NCBI GenBank assembly: GCA_003151625.1 | Contig: PLYC01000007.1 | Location: 81,181-145,180, forward strand | DNA from: Candidatus Doudnabacteria bacterium | GTDB lineage: Bacteria; Patescibacteriota; Doudnabacteria; UBA920 | Length of the DNA stretch: 64,000 nucleotides | Direction of reading: 5' to 3' | In this document: piece by piece, positions 45,663 through 55,495 of the stretch | How the letters are laid out: every line of letters starts with the position of its first letter | How positions within the stretch are numbered: position 1 is the first letter of the stretch | The notes under the pieces: generated by a model | The model's input: the letters and a program-made list of their open reading frames with translations, nothing else | Database searches by the model: none | Told to the model about the DNA's origin: nothing | Program-made: the position numbers and the translations under genes

Positions 45663-46463
45663 ATGAGGTTTATTTACACCAAAGCCTTTGCTATATTTGC
45701 GGCTTGTATTTTAGGGCTCGCGTTTTTGGTATTCCTCCAAATTCGCGGCTGGCTGGATCCGATCCGCATAGCTTTTTTGGAAGCTCCCAGGCCGGTTGTG
45801 GTGCTTGCCAACGATATAGCGCTTCCGGTAAAAACATTTTTTTCCACTATTTACCAGTTAAATAATATCAGCCGGGAAAACAGCCAGTTGAGAGCCCAGG
45901 TAGAGCAGTTGGAAAAAGAATTGGTGGACAGAAACCAGCAAAGTTTGGAGAATGAAGCGTTTCGGGCTGAACTGGGTTTTGTAAAAAATACCACCCAACC
46001 TCTGGTTGCCTGCACAGTGCTTTCGGAAAATTCGTTCGGCCAAACTAATGCTCTGGTTTTAAACTGCGGAACTCATGATGGCGTGGACAACGGCCAGGCG
46101 GTGGTCTCCCAGGGATATTTGGTGGGAAAAATTATTTACGCGGGACCGGACTCCAGTACCGCGCTTTTAATTACAGATTCCAATTTTTCTACCGATGCGC
46201 GCATAAGCCAAACCAACGCCACCGCGTTAGTTAAGGGGTCATTTAATTCCGGATTAATTTTAGACCAAGTTCCTCAAACCTCCGATTTGCAAAAAGGCTG
46301 GCTGGTGGTTACCGCCGGCATTAACGCCAAAATTCCAAAAAATATTTTAATCGGCCAGGTCAGTGATATTTTGTCTTCGGGCAACGACTTATTCAAACGG
46401 GCGGCCGTGCTAAGCCCCATAGATTTTGATAATCTGCAGTTTGTGTTCGTGGTTAAACAATAG
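45663..46463 (+). CDS. mreC: Rod shape-determining protein MreC
   Basis: N-terminal TM helix, a coiled coil, then a beta domain. Position after mreB. Confidence 0.8.
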   Translation: MRFIYTKAFAIFAACILGLAFLVFLQIRGWLDPIRIAFLEAPRPVVVLANDIALPVKTFFSTIYQLNNISRENSQLRAQVEQLEKELVDRNQQSLENEAFRAELGFVKNTTQPLVACTVLSENSFGQTNALVLNCGTHDGVDNGQAVVSQGYLVGKIIYAGPDSSTALLITDSNFSTDARISQTNATALVKGSFNSGLILDQVPQTSDLQKGWLVVTAGINAKIPKNILIGQVSDILSSGNDLFKRAAVLSPIDFDNLQFVFVVKQ

Positions 46464-46466
46464 CAA

Positions 46467-46514
46467 GCATTTAGCGGTTAGCAAAGCAATTTTGCTTGGC
46501 TAACCGCTAAATGC
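46467..46514. other. 48-bp hairpin with a 16-bp perfect stem between mreC and mreD
   Basis: gcatttagcggttagc-aaagcaattttgctt-gctaaccgctaaatgc. Confidence 0.6.
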
Positions 46515-46533
46515 TAAATGCTAAAAGCTTCTA

Positions 46534-47070
46534 ATGAAATATCTCATTTATCTTATAGCTATTATTATTTTATTGGGACTGAATCTTGGTTTGTTTGGAA
46601 GTTTGCAGATTCAAAGCCAAATTCCCAATTTGCTTTTTTTATTAACCTTGTTTTTTTCGCTGGAAAAAAAGGATTACGACTTCTTTTTTGTCGCATTAGT
46701 ATCGGGGCTGTTTTTGGATTTTTATTCTGCCTGCTTTTTTGGGGGGTTCACCGTGTCTTTGCTTGTGGTCTCCCTGTTGGCCCATTTATTTGTCACTGAA
46801 ATTTTGGTAGTGGATATTAATTGGAAAACTTTAAGTTTGGCTTTGCTGACTGCCCTCGTTATTTTTAATTTAATTCTTTGGTTTTATGGATTGGTAATTT
46901 TTAAACTGGGCTTGAACTCCCAGTATTCCGGGATTAAAATTTTTATTTCTCAATTTCCAATAAATTTTTTATACAACTGGGTTATGCTTTACCCTTTGTA
47001 TTTATTTTTTACTTTTTTGCGAAATTTTCTGGACAGAATGAGCGTTCGCCACAGAGGAGTAATAAGATGA
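46534..47070 (+). CDS. mreD: Rod shape-determining protein MreD (polytopic membrane)
   Basis: Five hydrophobic helices, located between mreC and mrdA. Confidence 0.65.
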   Translation: MKYLIYLIAIIILLGLNLGLFGSLQIQSQIPNLLFLLTLFFSLEKKDYDFFFVALVSGLFLDFYSACFFGGFTVSLLVVSLLAHLFVTEILVVDINWKTLSLALLTALVIFNLILWFYGLVIFKLGLNSQYSGIKIFISQFPINFLYNWVMLYPLYLFFTFLRNFLDRMSVRHRGVIR

Positions 47071-47106
47071 TGAGCGGAAATGAAGTCCTAATGAGTATTA
47101 CATTCC

Positions 47107-49062
47107 ATGCAAAATCCTTTTGAAATTTATACTAGCCTAAACGCCGATAACAAAAAAAAGCCTCTGGATTGGGAGGAGTCGGCTGTGGACGCCCAAAGTC
47201 CCGTAGACGATATCCATGACGCCGAACGCAGTGCCCCAAATCCCAGATGGCTGAAGCTTCTTTTGTTTGCCGCGTTGCTATTGCTCGGCGGCAGAATATT
47301 TTTTTTGCAAATAATTCAAGGGGCTAGTTTTCGGCAATTGGCCGATAACAACCAAATTCGCAGCCAGGTGGTTTTGGCGCCGCGCGGTTTAATAACAGAT
47401 TCCGGCGGCCAGGTTTTGGTTCAAAACGCGGCCAGCTTTAATTTAGTGGCTATCCCTTTTGATTTGCCCAAAAATAAGGACGGCCTGCAGCAGGAAGTAC
47501 AAAACTTAGCAAATAATTTTTTGTTAGACCAAAAGGATATAGATAAAAAATTGCAGAGTATAGACAAAAACTCAGTTGATCCGGTTGAAATCGAACAGGG
47601 GCTGACCAATGAACAGAGTATCTTATTTCAAACCATTGCCGGCCAGTTTCCCGGTTTTAAAGCTCAACAAATTCCAATTAGACAGTATCTTGACCCAAAT
47701 GCTTTTGCCGGCGTTTTGGGTTTTACCGGGTTAGTGTCCCCAGGGGATTTAACCGATCAAAATAAAGGTTTGTATGCCACAGTTGATTTTATCGGCAAAT
47801 CCGGCATAGAATCTTCATATGAAAAATATTTACACGGTACAAACGGAGCGGATATTATAGAAGTTGATGCGACCGGAAAATTTTTAAACGATTTGGGCGA
47901 AAACAGTCCCGCCCCCGGCAATAAATTGGTTTTAAACTTGGATAAAGGTCTGCAGGATCGTTTATACCAGGATTTGTCTACCATTAAATCACCCAAAGCG
48001 GCGGCGGTAGCCTTGGATCCACGCACCGGCGCGGTTTTGGCTTTGGTCAGTTTGCCGGGTTTTGACAACAATCTTTTTGCCGGAGGGATTAGCCAGCAGG
48101 ATTATCAAAAACTCATTAGCGATCCAAATTTGCCAATGTTCAATCGCGCGGTGGCCGGCCAATATCCGCCGGGTTCAACTTCCAAACTTATGTCAGCAAC
48201 AGCAGGGCTTTCGGAGGGGGTTATAAATCAAAATACAATTATAGTCGATAACGGCGATTTAGTTGTGCCCAACCAGTATGATTCTACCCAAAAGTATGAC
48301 TTCCGCGGCTGGAAACCCGGGGGGCTTGGTTCTATGAATGTCCGTAGCGCCATTGCCATGAGTTCCGATATATTTTTTTATGAAGTTGCCGGCGGTTCGC
48401 CCAACGGCTCTTTTTCCGGGCTTGGAGCCAATAAGCTGGCGGAATATTTTAGAAAGTTTGGTTTGGGAAAAGTTTTAGGAATAGATATTCCCGGGGAAGC
48501 AACCGGCCTGGTTCCAGACCCTAACTGGAAAATGTCTTATTATAAAAATGACCCTCTTTTAGGCAAATGGTATTTGGGTGATACTTATCATATGGGTATT
48601 GGTCAGGGTTTTGTCTTGGTTACGCCTTTGCAGGTGGCTGAATGGACAGCTATTGTCGCCAACGGCGGCGTGGGCTATGTTCCCCAAATTGCGCAAAAGT
48701 CCGTGGATCAAAATGGCCAGGTGGTCTGGCAAAATCAGCCAAAGGTTTTGGTCTCTAATATCGCTTCGCCTGATGTTTTTAAAATCGTTCAGGAAGGCAT
48801 GCGGCAGACGGTTACGGCCGGAACCGCCAAGCCGTTAAACAGTTTGCCCATTACCTCGGCCGGCAAAACCGGCACATCGCAGTTTGACGGCTCAAACCCC
48901 AGCCTCACTCACGCCTGGTTTACCGCTTACGCGCCCTATGAAAATCCTCAAATAGTGATTACCGTCCTGGTCGAAGCCGGCGGCGAAGGCAACGCCGTAG
49001 CCGAACCGGTAGTCAAAGACGCGCTACAGTGGTGGGCGGAGAATAGGTATAAAAAGAATTAA
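47107..49062 (+). CDS. mrdA: Penicillin-binding protein 2 (elongasome transpeptidase)
   Basis: STSK, SxD/N and KTGT motifs. N-terminal TM helix plus a dimerisation domain. Confidence 0.9.
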   Translation: MQNPFEIYTSLNADNKKKPLDWEESAVDAQSPVDDIHDAERSAPNPRWLKLLLFAALLLLGGRIFFLQIIQGASFRQLADNNQIRSQVVLAPRGLITDSGGQVLVQNAASFNLVAIPFDLPKNKDGLQQEVQNLANNFLLDQKDIDKKLQSIDKNSVDPVEIEQGLTNEQSILFQTIAGQFPGFKAQQIPIRQYLDPNAFAGVLGFTGLVSPGDLTDQNKGLYATVDFIGKSGIESSYEKYLHGTNGADIIEVDATGKFLNDLGENSPAPGNKLVLNLDKGLQDRLYQDLSTIKSPKAAAVALDPRTGAVLALVSLPGFDNNLFAGGISQQDYQKLISDPNLPMFNRAVAGQYPPGSTSKLMSATAGLSEGVINQNTIIVDNGDLVVPNQYDSTQKYDFRGWKPGGLGSMNVRSAIAMSSDIFFYEVAGGSPNGSFSGLGANKLAEYFRKFGLGKVLGIDIPGEATGLVPDPNWKMSYYKNDPLLGKWYLGDTYHMGIGQGFVLVTPLQVAEWTAIVANGGVGYVPQIAQKSVDQNGQVVWQNQPKVLVSNIASPDVFKIVQEGMRQTVTAGTAKPLNSLPITSAGKTGTSQFDGSNPSLTHAWFTAYAPYENPQIVITVLVEAGGEGNAVAEPVVKDALQWWAENRYKKN

Positions 49063-49128
49063 GCAAATTGGTATTTTTTGAAAATGGCTTAATTTTAAGT
49101 ATTTTCAAAATTTATGGTATAATAAATT

Positions 49129-49962
49129 ATGTTAATTGACGGTAAAAAGGTAGCGGCTGAAATTCTGGATCAAGTTAAGAAAGAGGTTGGCGGTCTTCAT
49201 TTTCAACCAGTGTTTTGCGATATTTTAGTAGGGGACGATCCCGCGTCAAAACAGTATGTTGGGATGAAGGCAAAGGCTGCGGAAAAACTTGGGTTTAGGT
49301 TTCGGCCGGCCAATTATCCGTCTGACGTTTCAACAAATTACCTTATTGACGAAATCAAAAAAATTAGCCAGGAACCCAATATGTGCGGTTTAATTGTCCA
49401 GTTGCCATTGCCGTCAAGCATAGACAAACAGGCCGTGTTAGACGCTATTGATCCAAAAATTGACGTGGACTGCACCGGAAAAATTAATACCGATTTGTTT
49501 TATTCCGGAAAGGCGTACGTGGAATTCCCAACTGCCGCCGCTGTGATGGAGTTGCTCGACGACACTAAAATTAATCTTACAAATAAAAAATGTCTGGTCG
49601 TAGGATTTGGCCAGCTCGTGGGCAGGCCGGTGAGTTTTTTATTACAGCAAAGAGGTTTGCATGTGGATGTTGCGCGAAGTAAAACGGAAAATATTTTAGA
49701 GTTAATTAAAAATGCCGATGTCATAGTTTCGGCCGTAGGCAAATCTAAATTAATTACCGGCGAAAAAATCAAGCCCGGGTCAATAATAATCGATGCCGGA
49801 ACTTCGGAGAGCGATGGAGGCATAGTCGGCGATGTGGATTTAGGTTCAGTAAAGGATGTAGCCGGTTTTATTTCCCCGGTGCCTGGTGGGGTTGGGCCAG
49901 TAACGGTGGCGAAGCTGTTGGCCAATGTGCTAAAGGTCGCAAAAAAGATAGTTCAAATTTAA
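49129..49962 (+). CDS. folD: Bifunctional methylene-THF dehydrogenase/cyclohydrolase FolD
   Basis: MLIDGKKVAAEI... a Rossmann-fold GxGxxVG motif, and C-terminal PGGVGPVT. Confidence 0.9.
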   Translation: MLIDGKKVAAEILDQVKKEVGGLHFQPVFCDILVGDDPASKQYVGMKAKAAEKLGFRFRPANYPSDVSTNYLIDEIKKISQEPNMCGLIVQLPLPSSIDKQAVLDAIDPKIDVDCTGKINTDLFYSGKAYVEFPTAAAVMELLDDTKINLTNKKCLVVGFGQLVGRPVSFLLQQRGLHVDVARSKTENILELIKNADVIVSAVGKSKLITGEKIKPGSIIIDAGTSESDGGIVGDVDLGSVKDVAGFISPVPGGVGPVTVAKLLANVLKVAKKIVQI

Positions 49963-50038
49963 CTAATAATAAAATCAGATAGCCGGATTAATCGGAAATT
50001 CCGATTTTCCGACCTCCGATTCATCCGACACTCCGGCA

Positions 50039-50980
50039 ATGTCCGAAACAAACACACAAAATCCAAATATCGGATCGGAAAAACAATACCGCGTGTACCG
50101 GGGTTTTTCCATAGTATGGCTAAAAACCCTGCGGCTTATGAATTTGGTTTTAAATTTTTTTAGCCTAAAACAGCCCACACAATTTTGGGGAATTGTATAT
50201 GACAGCGTCAGCAAACAGCCGCTAGATCCGGTTATAGTTAAATTAATGTATGTGGATGGTCGTGAAGTGGAAACCTGTGTTACCGATATGGCGGGACGCT
50301 ACGGTTTTTTGGCGCGTCCAGGGAAATTTAAAATTTATGTCCGCAAAACCAATTATTTATTTCCGTCCAGGCTGGTCGCGGGCGATTCGGACGGAATTTA
50401 TGTAAATCTCTATCACGGAGAATTTTTTACCTGTTATCAGGACTACGAGGTTGTTGCGCCAAATATTCCCATGGATCCGGCAGCAACCGACTGGAATCAA
50501 ACGGCCAAGCTGGCGGTTATAAATAATTCCCCCTATTTAAAATATCTTTTAAAAATATTAGTGGCCATAATTTTTTGGTTCGGCTTTATTTTGGAAGCTA
50601 TCTTTATTTTTAAAACCTTTCCTCATATCCCAATAATTTTTTACATTATTGCCGGCGTGTATTTATTATTGCTGGGGTTTTCTACAGTTATGCCGGACGC
50701 CAGGCTATGGGGTAAAGTAAAAACCAATATTGTTTTGGCTCAGGGGGAAAGTTTATATTTAGAGTTACGGGATCGCAATTTGTCCGGGATTTGTTTTGGC
50801 AAAGCCAAAGTAAAAGATGATGGAAAGTTCCTTTTAAGATCCAACAAAGGGGATTATAGTCTTTTTGTCAGCAAAATCATTAAAGGAGGGACCGCACAGT
50901 TTTTGGGAAGTACGAAGGTTCGAATTGGGGGGGAAGGGGTGTTTAACGGAACGATATTGGTTAGTTTCCTAAAACCTTGA
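50039..50980 (+). CDS. Hypothetical membrane protein with carboxypeptidase-regulatory-like N-terminal domain
   Basis: GIVYDSVSKQPLDPVIVKLMYVDGREVETCVTDMAGRYGF, followed by two or three TM helices. Confidence 0.4.
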   Translation: MSETNTQNPNIGSEKQYRVYRGFSIVWLKTLRLMNLVLNFFSLKQPTQFWGIVYDSVSKQPLDPVIVKLMYVDGREVETCVTDMAGRYGFLARPGKFKIYVRKTNYLFPSRLVAGDSDGIYVNLYHGEFFTCYQDYEVVAPNIPMDPAATDWNQTAKLAVINNSPYLKYLLKILVAIIFWFGFILEAIFIFKTFPHIPIIFYIIAGVYLLLLGFSTVMPDARLWGKVKTNIVLAQGESLYLELRDRNLSGICFGKAKVKDDGKFLLRSNKGDYSLFVSKIIKGGTAQFLGSTKVRIGGEGVFNGTILVSFLKP

Positions 50981-50999
50981 AATATGTTATAATATCTGT

Positions 51000-51401
51000 A
51001 TGGAAAATTCTGAGAAAAAAGTTTTAGTCGTGGAAGACGACGTTGACTTACGCAATATATTGGTTGACGGTTTAAGCCTTTCTAACTATAAAATTATGCA
51101 GGCAGGCGACGGAGAACAGGCTGTAGAGCTTATTGTAGATTCCCTGCCGGACTTAATTTTGTTGGATTTACTTTTGCCCAAACTTGATGGTTTTAAAGTA
51201 TTGGAAAGGCTTAGGCAGTATCCGGACAAAAATGTCGCTCAAATTAAAGTTGTGGTTTTAAGCAATCTTTGGAGCGACAAAGATATTTTGCGCGCGCAAG
51301 CCTTAAAAGTGGACGAATACTTTGTAAAGGCAAACACTAACTTAGAGGACGTATTTAACAAAGTAAAAATTATTTTAAGTAATACGCGGAATGCCCAGTA
51401 A
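51000..51401 (+). CDS. Stand-alone response-regulator receiver (CheY-like) protein
   Basis: KKVLVVEDD...DLILLDLLLPKLDG...K. Paralogous to the 56317-56754 gene. Confidence 0.8.
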   Translation: MENSEKKVLVVEDDVDLRNILVDGLSLSNYKIMQAGDGEQAVELIVDSLPDLILLDLLLPKLDGFKVLERLRQYPDKNVAQIKVVVLSNLWSDKDILRAQALKVDEYFVKANTNLEDVFNKVKIILSNTRNAQ

Positions 51402-51466
51402 ATTTTTTGGGGTTCGGATGCTGCCAAATGGTCTTTTTGGCTGACATATGGCCGCCTTTTGTCAGC

Positions 51467-51495
51467 TTGACAAAATTAAGCCAGTTTAGTATTAT
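51467..51495 (+). promoter_or_regulatory. Consensus sigma70 promoter TTGACA-17-TATTAT upstream of secE
   Basis: ttgacaaaattaagccagtttagtattat. It is followed by a ggcc-gcaa-gggcc hairpin plus a U-run (51504-51529) that may be a leader or terminator element. Confidence 0.55.
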
Positions 51496-51634
51496 ATTTC
51501 TATAAAGGCCGCAAGGGCCTTTTAAAAAAGACTACAAAAACTGCAGAAGTTAAACACTACAAATGCCTGCAGAAGAAGGCATTGGGCGGTTTCTGTAGTT
51601 ATCTGTAGATTTGTATTAATATTTTTGTAGATAT

Positions 51635-51811
51635 ATGTTTCAATTTTTTGTAGAAGTTAAAAATGAACTGGCCAAGGTAGTCTGGCCAACCCGCAACGAC
51701 ACTTTTAAGTATACGCTCACTGTTATTATTTTCAGTATAGTCATAGCCGCCCTTTTAGGAGCTTTTGACTATCTTTTGTTTATAATTTTCCAGGCAATAA
51801 TAAATAGATAA
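51635..51811 (+). CDS. secE: Preprotein translocase subunit SecE (58 aa; absent from the supplied ORF track)
   Basis: MFQFFVEVKNELAKVVWPTRNDTFKYTLTVIIFSIVIAALLGAFDYLLFIIFQAIINR. This is the canonical SecE pattern, at the canonical position ahead of nusG. Confidence 0.85.
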   Translation: MFQFFVEVKNELAKVVWPTRNDTFKYTLTVIIFSIVIAALLGAFDYLLFIIFQAIINR

Positions 51812-51872
51812 ACACGGATTTTGGTATTGGTGTTAATTGGTTAACTATTCGTGAATATCAGTTTGGTTTTAT

Positions 51873-52418
51873 ATGCTTCCACCTGGACACATTGCCGCCG
51901 GATTTTTAACAGCCGAAGCTCTTTTACACTTTACCCATCCCAGCTTAATCGCGTCCCAGCAAACCCATTTGCTTTGGTGGGGAATGTTCTTTAGTTTTGC
52001 GCCGGACTTGGATATGTTTTACAGCTTCGCCAGGGAAAAGGCCTTTGAGGTGAGAGATTTTAAAAAGAATAACCACCGGAAGTTTATCAGCCATGCGCCC
52101 TTGCTCTGGATGCTGGGCGGACTCGCAATTTATTTTATTAGCGGTTCCGAATATTTTAAAATTCTTGGTTTGCTGTTATGGCTGTGCAGCTGGAGTCATT
52201 TTATTTTAGACTCTATCGAATACGGGATTATGTGGCTGTGGCCGTTTAGCAAAAGAAGTTGGGCGCTAAAAGATCCCGCGGTAGACAAGGAAAACAATGG
52301 TGAAAACTTTTTTAAGTATTGGTTGAATTTTCTTAAGTCTTACAGTAAAACCTGGACATTTTACGCAGAAATAATTATTTTAATATCATCCTTATTTTTT
52401 CTAATTACTATTCACTAA
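51873..52418 (+). CDS. Inner-membrane metal-dependent hydrolase (YdjM/DUF457-like), inserted between secE and nusG
   Basis: MLPPGHIAAGFL... with His-rich TM helices. Confidence 0.55.
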   Translation: MLPPGHIAAGFLTAEALLHFTHPSLIASQQTHLLWWGMFFSFAPDLDMFYSFAREKAFEVRDFKKNNHRKFISHAPLLWMLGGLAIYFISGSEYFKILGLLLWLCSWSHFILDSIEYGIMWLWPFSKRSWALKDPAVDKENNGENFFKYWLNFLKSYSKTWTFYAEIIILISSLFFLITIH

Positions 52419-52437
52419 GCACTAACCACTAACTTTT

Positions 52438-52983
52438 ATGGCCAGACAGCAAGTTACCGGCGAAAGACATTGGTATGTATTGCATACTTACAGCGGATAC
52501 GAAGATAGCGTTGCTTTTAACCTCAAGCAGCGTATTGAAAGCATGGGTATGCAGGACAAAATTTTTGAAGCTATGGTACCCAAGGAAAAAAAGATTAAGA
52601 TTAAAGACGGCAAACGCACCACTTTTGAGGAAAAGATTTTCCCCGGATATGTTTTAATAGATATGATAGTTACCGATGATTCCTGGTATGTTGTGCGCAA
52701 TACCCCTAACGTTACCGGATTTGTGGGCAGCGGTACCATCCCTTCGCCAATAGACGATGAAGAGCTGGCTTATTTGAAAAAGCGCATGGGCGCGGACGAA
52801 CCAAAGTATAAAGTGGAATTCCAGGCAGGGGATTTGGTTAAAATCCAGGACGGTCCTTTTAAGGAATACGAAGGCAAAGTCGGCAGCTTGGATGAACAGC
52901 ACGGCAAAGTAAAAGTAATGGTCACCATCTTCGGTCGCGAAACCCCGGTTGAATTGGATTTTTTGCAGGTTAAAAAAATGTAG
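52438..52983 (+). CDS. nusG: Transcription termination/antitermination factor NusG
   Basis: NGN domain (WYVLHTYSGYE) plus a KOW domain (GDLVKIQDGPFKEYEGKV). Confidence 0.95.
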   Translation: MARQQVTGERHWYVLHTYSGYEDSVAFNLKQRIESMGMQDKIFEAMVPKEKKIKIKDGKRTTFEEKIFPGYVLIDMIVTDDSWYVVRNTPNVTGFVGSGTIPSPIDDEELAYLKKRMGADEPKYKVEFQAGDLVKIQDGPFKEYEGKVGSLDEQHGKVKVMVTIFGRETPVELDFLQVKKM

Positions 52984-52995
52984 ACCGCTGAATAG

Positions 52996-53036
52996 TCTCT
53001 GATATGTACGCTGATTATGTCGCTGAATCTTCAGTT
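52996..53036. repeat. Family 3 repeat solo copy (ctctgatatgtacgctgattatgtcgctgaatcttcagtt)
   Basis: ~90% identical to 26807-26847. Confidence 0.7.
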
Positions 53037-53110
53037 GTCATCCCGGAATTTTTTGCGCTGATGGATATCACAAGCCGCAAAAATATCCGGGAGCTAGAAA
53101 TAAGTAACTT

Positions 53111-53371
53111 ATGAATAAAACATTTTCCAACATCGCGTATATTTGCGGCTTAATTATAGGCTTGGTACTTGTTTACAATAGCGCACTTGCCCAGCCGAAT
53201 ATTGGTAATGGTATTGGAGAGGTGTTTCAGTCACAATTTGACAGAATTTTTGGGTTTGTCATTGGTGGAATAATGATTTTTGCTTTTTCAATATTTTTGG
53301 TCGGTAGAATTTTGGAATCTTATTATAAGAATAAGAAATCAACCGACCAAGAGCAAAAGGTTGCTAAATAA
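53111..53371 (+). CDS. Small hypothetical membrane protein inserted between nusG and rplK
   Basis: 86 aa with two TM helices. Confidence 0.35.
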   Translation: MNKTFSNIAYICGLIIGLVLVYNSALAQPNIGNGIGEVFQSQFDRIFGFVIGGIMIFAFSIFLVGRILESYYKNKKSTDQEQKVAK

Positions 53372-53492
53372 TTTTATTCCTGCTTCATAACTCGCGCTTC
53401 TCGAATTATGAAATTTGAATAAAATATTAATTTAGAGCCAGTTCATGTCCGGTTTGGATCTTGAATCTTGGTTCTTGGATCTTATTACATTT

Positions 53493-53915
53493 ATGGCTAA
53501 GAAAGTAAAAATAGTATTAAAACTCCAGCTTCCTGCAGGCAAGGCTACCCCGGCACCGCCGGTAGGTACGGCTCTTGGGCCTCACGGCGTGAACATTGCC
53601 GCGTTCGTCAAGGAATTTAACGACAAAACCCAAGGCGGGGATATGCTTATCCCGGTCCTTATGACCATTTTTGAGGACAGGTCTTTTAGTTTTATTCTCA
53701 AAACCCCTCCGGCTTCCAACTTAATTATGAAGGCTATTGGTTTGGCAAAAGGTTCCGCGAATCCTTTAACCACAAAGGTCGGGAAAATAACCGCCAAACA
53801 AATTAAGGAAATCGCGGAAAAGAAAATGCAGGACTTAAACGCCAACGACCTCGCCGCGGCCGAAAACATTATCCGCGGGACATGCAGGAGTATGGGTGTA
53901 GAGGTCATAGATTAA
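53493..53915 (+). CDS. rplK: 50S ribosomal protein L11
   Basis: [35 protein letters not shown]... The annotated ORF start at 53445 is too far upstream. Confidence 0.95.
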   Translation: MAKKVKIVLKLQLPAGKATPAPPVGTALGPHGVNIAAFVKEFNDKTQGGDMLIPVLMTIFEDRSFSFILKTPPASNLIMKAIGLAKGSANPLTTKVGKITAKQIKEIAEKKMQDLNANDLAAAENIIRGTCRSMGVEVID

Positions 53916-54022
53916 GTAAAATTAATTAAAAATAAATAAAATTAAGTAAAATTAAGTAAAATTTACTGCGGATAATTTTGGTCAATTTTACTTAATCATG
54001 GTCAATTTTATTTAATAAATTT

Positions 54023-54781
54023 ATGGACATCATCTCGTTACTTGTTATTATTTTTGTCTTCATCGTCCTTCCCGGTTTCCGCGTAATTCAGCAGTACCAA
54101 AAAGGCGCGGTGTTTCGTTTCGGCAAAATCACAGGCATTAAAGAGCCGGGGTTGACCTGGATAATTCCTTATATTGAATGGGTAAGAAAAGTGGACTTAC
54201 GAACCATAACCCTGCCTATTCCGCCCCAGAAAATTATTACTAAAGACAACGTTTCCGTGGATATATCGGCTGTGGCTTATTACCAGATTGTCGATGTTGT
54301 TAAAAGCATTGTCGCCATAGAAAACGTAATGTCGGCAATTAACCAAATTTCGCAAACTACCATCCGCAATATTGTCGGCAAGTTCCAGCTGGATGAAATT
54401 CTTTCCGAGAGAGTCACTATAAACCAGGAAATCCGCGATGTACTTGATACTCACACGGAGCCCTGGGGCGTAATTGTTTCGCTGGTGGAAATCAAAGATA
54501 TTGAACTGCCGGAAAATATGCAACGGGCCATGGCCAAGCAGGCTGAAGCCGAACGCGAAAAGCGCGCGAAAATTATTGCCGCCGAAGGTGAATTTTTATC
54601 GGCTCAAAAATTGGCCGATGCCGCGGACGTAATAGCCATGCACCCGATAGCTTTACAGTTGCGCAACCTCCAGACAATGGCCGAGATTTCCGTGGAAAAG
54701 AATTCCACAATTATCTTCCCGGCGCAGTTTATGAGCACTATTGATGATATTAAGAAGTTTTTGGATAAAGAAAAAATATAA
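54023..54781 (+). CDS. SPFH/band-7 (stomatin/QmcA-like) membrane protein inserted between rplK and rplA
   Basis: N-terminal TM helix, the SPFH core (...GAVFRFGK...) and a C-terminal coiled coil. Confidence 0.75.
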   Translation: MDIISLLVIIFVFIVLPGFRVIQQYQKGAVFRFGKITGIKEPGLTWIIPYIEWVRKVDLRTITLPIPPQKIITKDNVSVDISAVAYYQIVDVVKSIVAIENVMSAINQISQTTIRNIVGKFQLDEILSERVTINQEIRDVLDTHTEPWGVIVSLVEIKDIELPENMQRAMAKQAEAEREKRAKIIAAEGEFLSAQKLADAADVIAMHPIALQLRNLQTMAEISVEKNSTIIFPAQFMSTIDDIKKFLDKEKI

Positions 54782-54859
54782 TTAACGATCACAGATCTGG
54801 CACAGATGTCGCTGATTACCGCGATTAGCGCCATCAGCGAAATCTGCGATTAATATTAT

Positions 54860-55195
54860 ATGAGCCTAAAAAAAGCTTATCTCTACCTGGTTTCCACTAT
54901 TGCTTTAGTCATCACGGTCATTGGCGCGATTATGATAATAAATTTGGGGCTTAAAGCCTGGGTCTTTACCAAGGCAGACCAGAATTATTACCCCTACCCT
55001 TGTACCCAGCCTGTAGCTGACGTGAGCGGCAAATCCGTTCCTTGCGATCAGGCAACTATTGACGCACAAAAGAAACAGGCCCAAGACAATCAAGCCTCCC
55101 AAAGGCAAAACACCGCTGCCCAAGCCCTGGCTATGATAATAGTAGCCACGCCGGTTTGGTGGTTCCACTGGAGACTGGCGAAAAGAGAACAGTAA
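54860..55195 (+). CDS. Small hypothetical membrane protein
   Basis: 111 aa with two TM helices. Confidence 0.35.
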   Translation: MSLKKAYLYLVSTIALVITVIGAIMIINLGLKAWVFTKADQNYYPYPCTQPVADVSGKSVPCDQATIDAQKKQAQDNQASQRQNTAAQALAMIIVATPVWWFHWRLAKREQ

Positions 55196-55208
55196 TTTTG
55201 TATAAAGT

Positions 55209-55418
55209 ATGACTTTAGGAAGAGAAACTTTAAACGGAAGTTTGTTTGAGGAATATAAAACTCGGATAGACGCCGCCCAAACCACAGAGGATTTGGCTGA
55301 TATTATTGCCGGAGTTGAAAATCCTGCCGATCGCGAAAAAGTTATGTACGCGGCGGCGAGGAGGCATAATTTAATGTTGACCAGAAAAGTTGAGGGGATT
55401 TTAAAAAATAATAAATAA
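55209..55418 (+). CDS. Small hypothetical protein
   Basis: 69-aa ORF, in the same orientation and tightly spaced with its neighbours. Confidence 0.3.
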   Translation: MTLGRETLNGSLFEEYKTRIDAAQTTEDLADIIAGVENPADREKVMYAAARRHNLMLTRKVEGILKNNK

Positions 55419-55495
55419 TTTGTGGGAGAACCATCACTGGATTACTTTTTTGTAATACAGTAAGATTCATTCGTACCACGAAAGGAAATCATCAT

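Noticed and set aside
51504-51529. Terminator for the upstream receiver gene
   Set aside because: The hairpin (ggcc-gcaa-gggcc plus Us) lies downstream of the predicted secE promoter -10 box. It may instead be a leader element, so its role is ambiguous. It is mentioned under the promoter feature only.
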